A DNA stretch of 64,000 nt from Octopus bimaculoides (taxonomy: Eukaryota). Position 1 is the first letter of the stretch. Each line of letters starts with the position of its first letter. The stretch spans positions 17,391,174 through 17,455,173 of the forward strand of contig NC_069002.1 in the NCBI RefSeq assembly GCF_001194135.2, read 5' to 3'. Position numbers and translations under genes: made by a program. The notes beneath the pieces were generated by a model. The model was not told the DNA's origin. It was given only the letters and a program-made list of their open reading frames with translations, and ran no database searches. Shown one piece after another: positions 63,579 to 64,000 of this stretch.

Positions 63579-64000
63579 TGTGGTGTTATGGGCTGTGACG
63601 AGCTATGTGTTGTGGTGGAGAGGGGTGAGGAAAACAGAGGTGAAGCCAGACTGGAAGGGCCAGACCAGAAGGGTCAGATCGGAAGTCGGAGACACACAGT
63701 CGAAGGCTAGCACGTGGGGCCAGTCAGAAAACAGCGAGGTTACGAGAAAGACGTGTTCTGATCAGGAGCGATCGTGTACTCCGCTGCGGTCGACAAGGTA
63801 AGCTCCAACGTTTCATTCTGTCCTTTTGCTTCTTGTTGTCTTTTTCCTCTATCTCACCACAAGCTATTTCAGCCCATAAGAAAAAAAAAAAAAAAATTAT
63901 GAGTGTAGTCCGGATCGCTAGTGATATAATTAAGCCGTTTTGCGGCGACACGGACGTGGTCGCATGGCTAAAGAAGATGAAGCTGGTCGTGAAGCTCCAA
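63579..64000 (+). mobile_element. 5' end of a younger LTR-retrotransposon-like element with gag-like ORF from 63899 running off the window
   Basis: TG start cutting the older pol fragment; CpG-rich; ORF MSVVRIASDIIKPFCGDTDVVAWLKKMKLVVKLQ resembles Gypsy gag N-termini. PBS not identified. Confidence 0.55.

Overview
AT-rich, repeat-dense animal genomic DNA with several N gaps. The SINE families and (TA/CA/AAT)n microsatellites look like those of an octopod cephalopod; this is inferred from recognition, not a search. One host gene is well supported: the E3 ubiquitin ligase RNF41/NRDP1 on the + strand. Five coding exons (36758-37057, 41266-41397, 46999-47078, 49928-50169, 52418-52521) splice in frame via canonical AG/GT sites into 285 aa. 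I could not find the expected ~30-aa N-terminal exon. There is probably an intron 1 nt after the stop codon and a 3'UTR exon from 58175, plus a CpG-rich, possibly bidirectional promoter at the window start. The rest is intronic or intergenic TE debris: tRNA-derived SINEs, RTE, CR1 and R4/Dong LINE pieces, piggyBac, mariner, maT-like and DD36E Tc1 remnants, hAT, Tc1 and piggyBac MITEs, and Gypsy fragments. I did not find a convincing new multi-gene system. The best leads are structural: an inverted SINE pair tightly bracketing the symmetric, stop-free 300-nt RING exon (circRNA or skipping architecture), two ~145-bp inverted local copies inserted into older TEs, near-perfect ~50-nt palindromes, and retroelement pile-ups in (AAT)n tracts.
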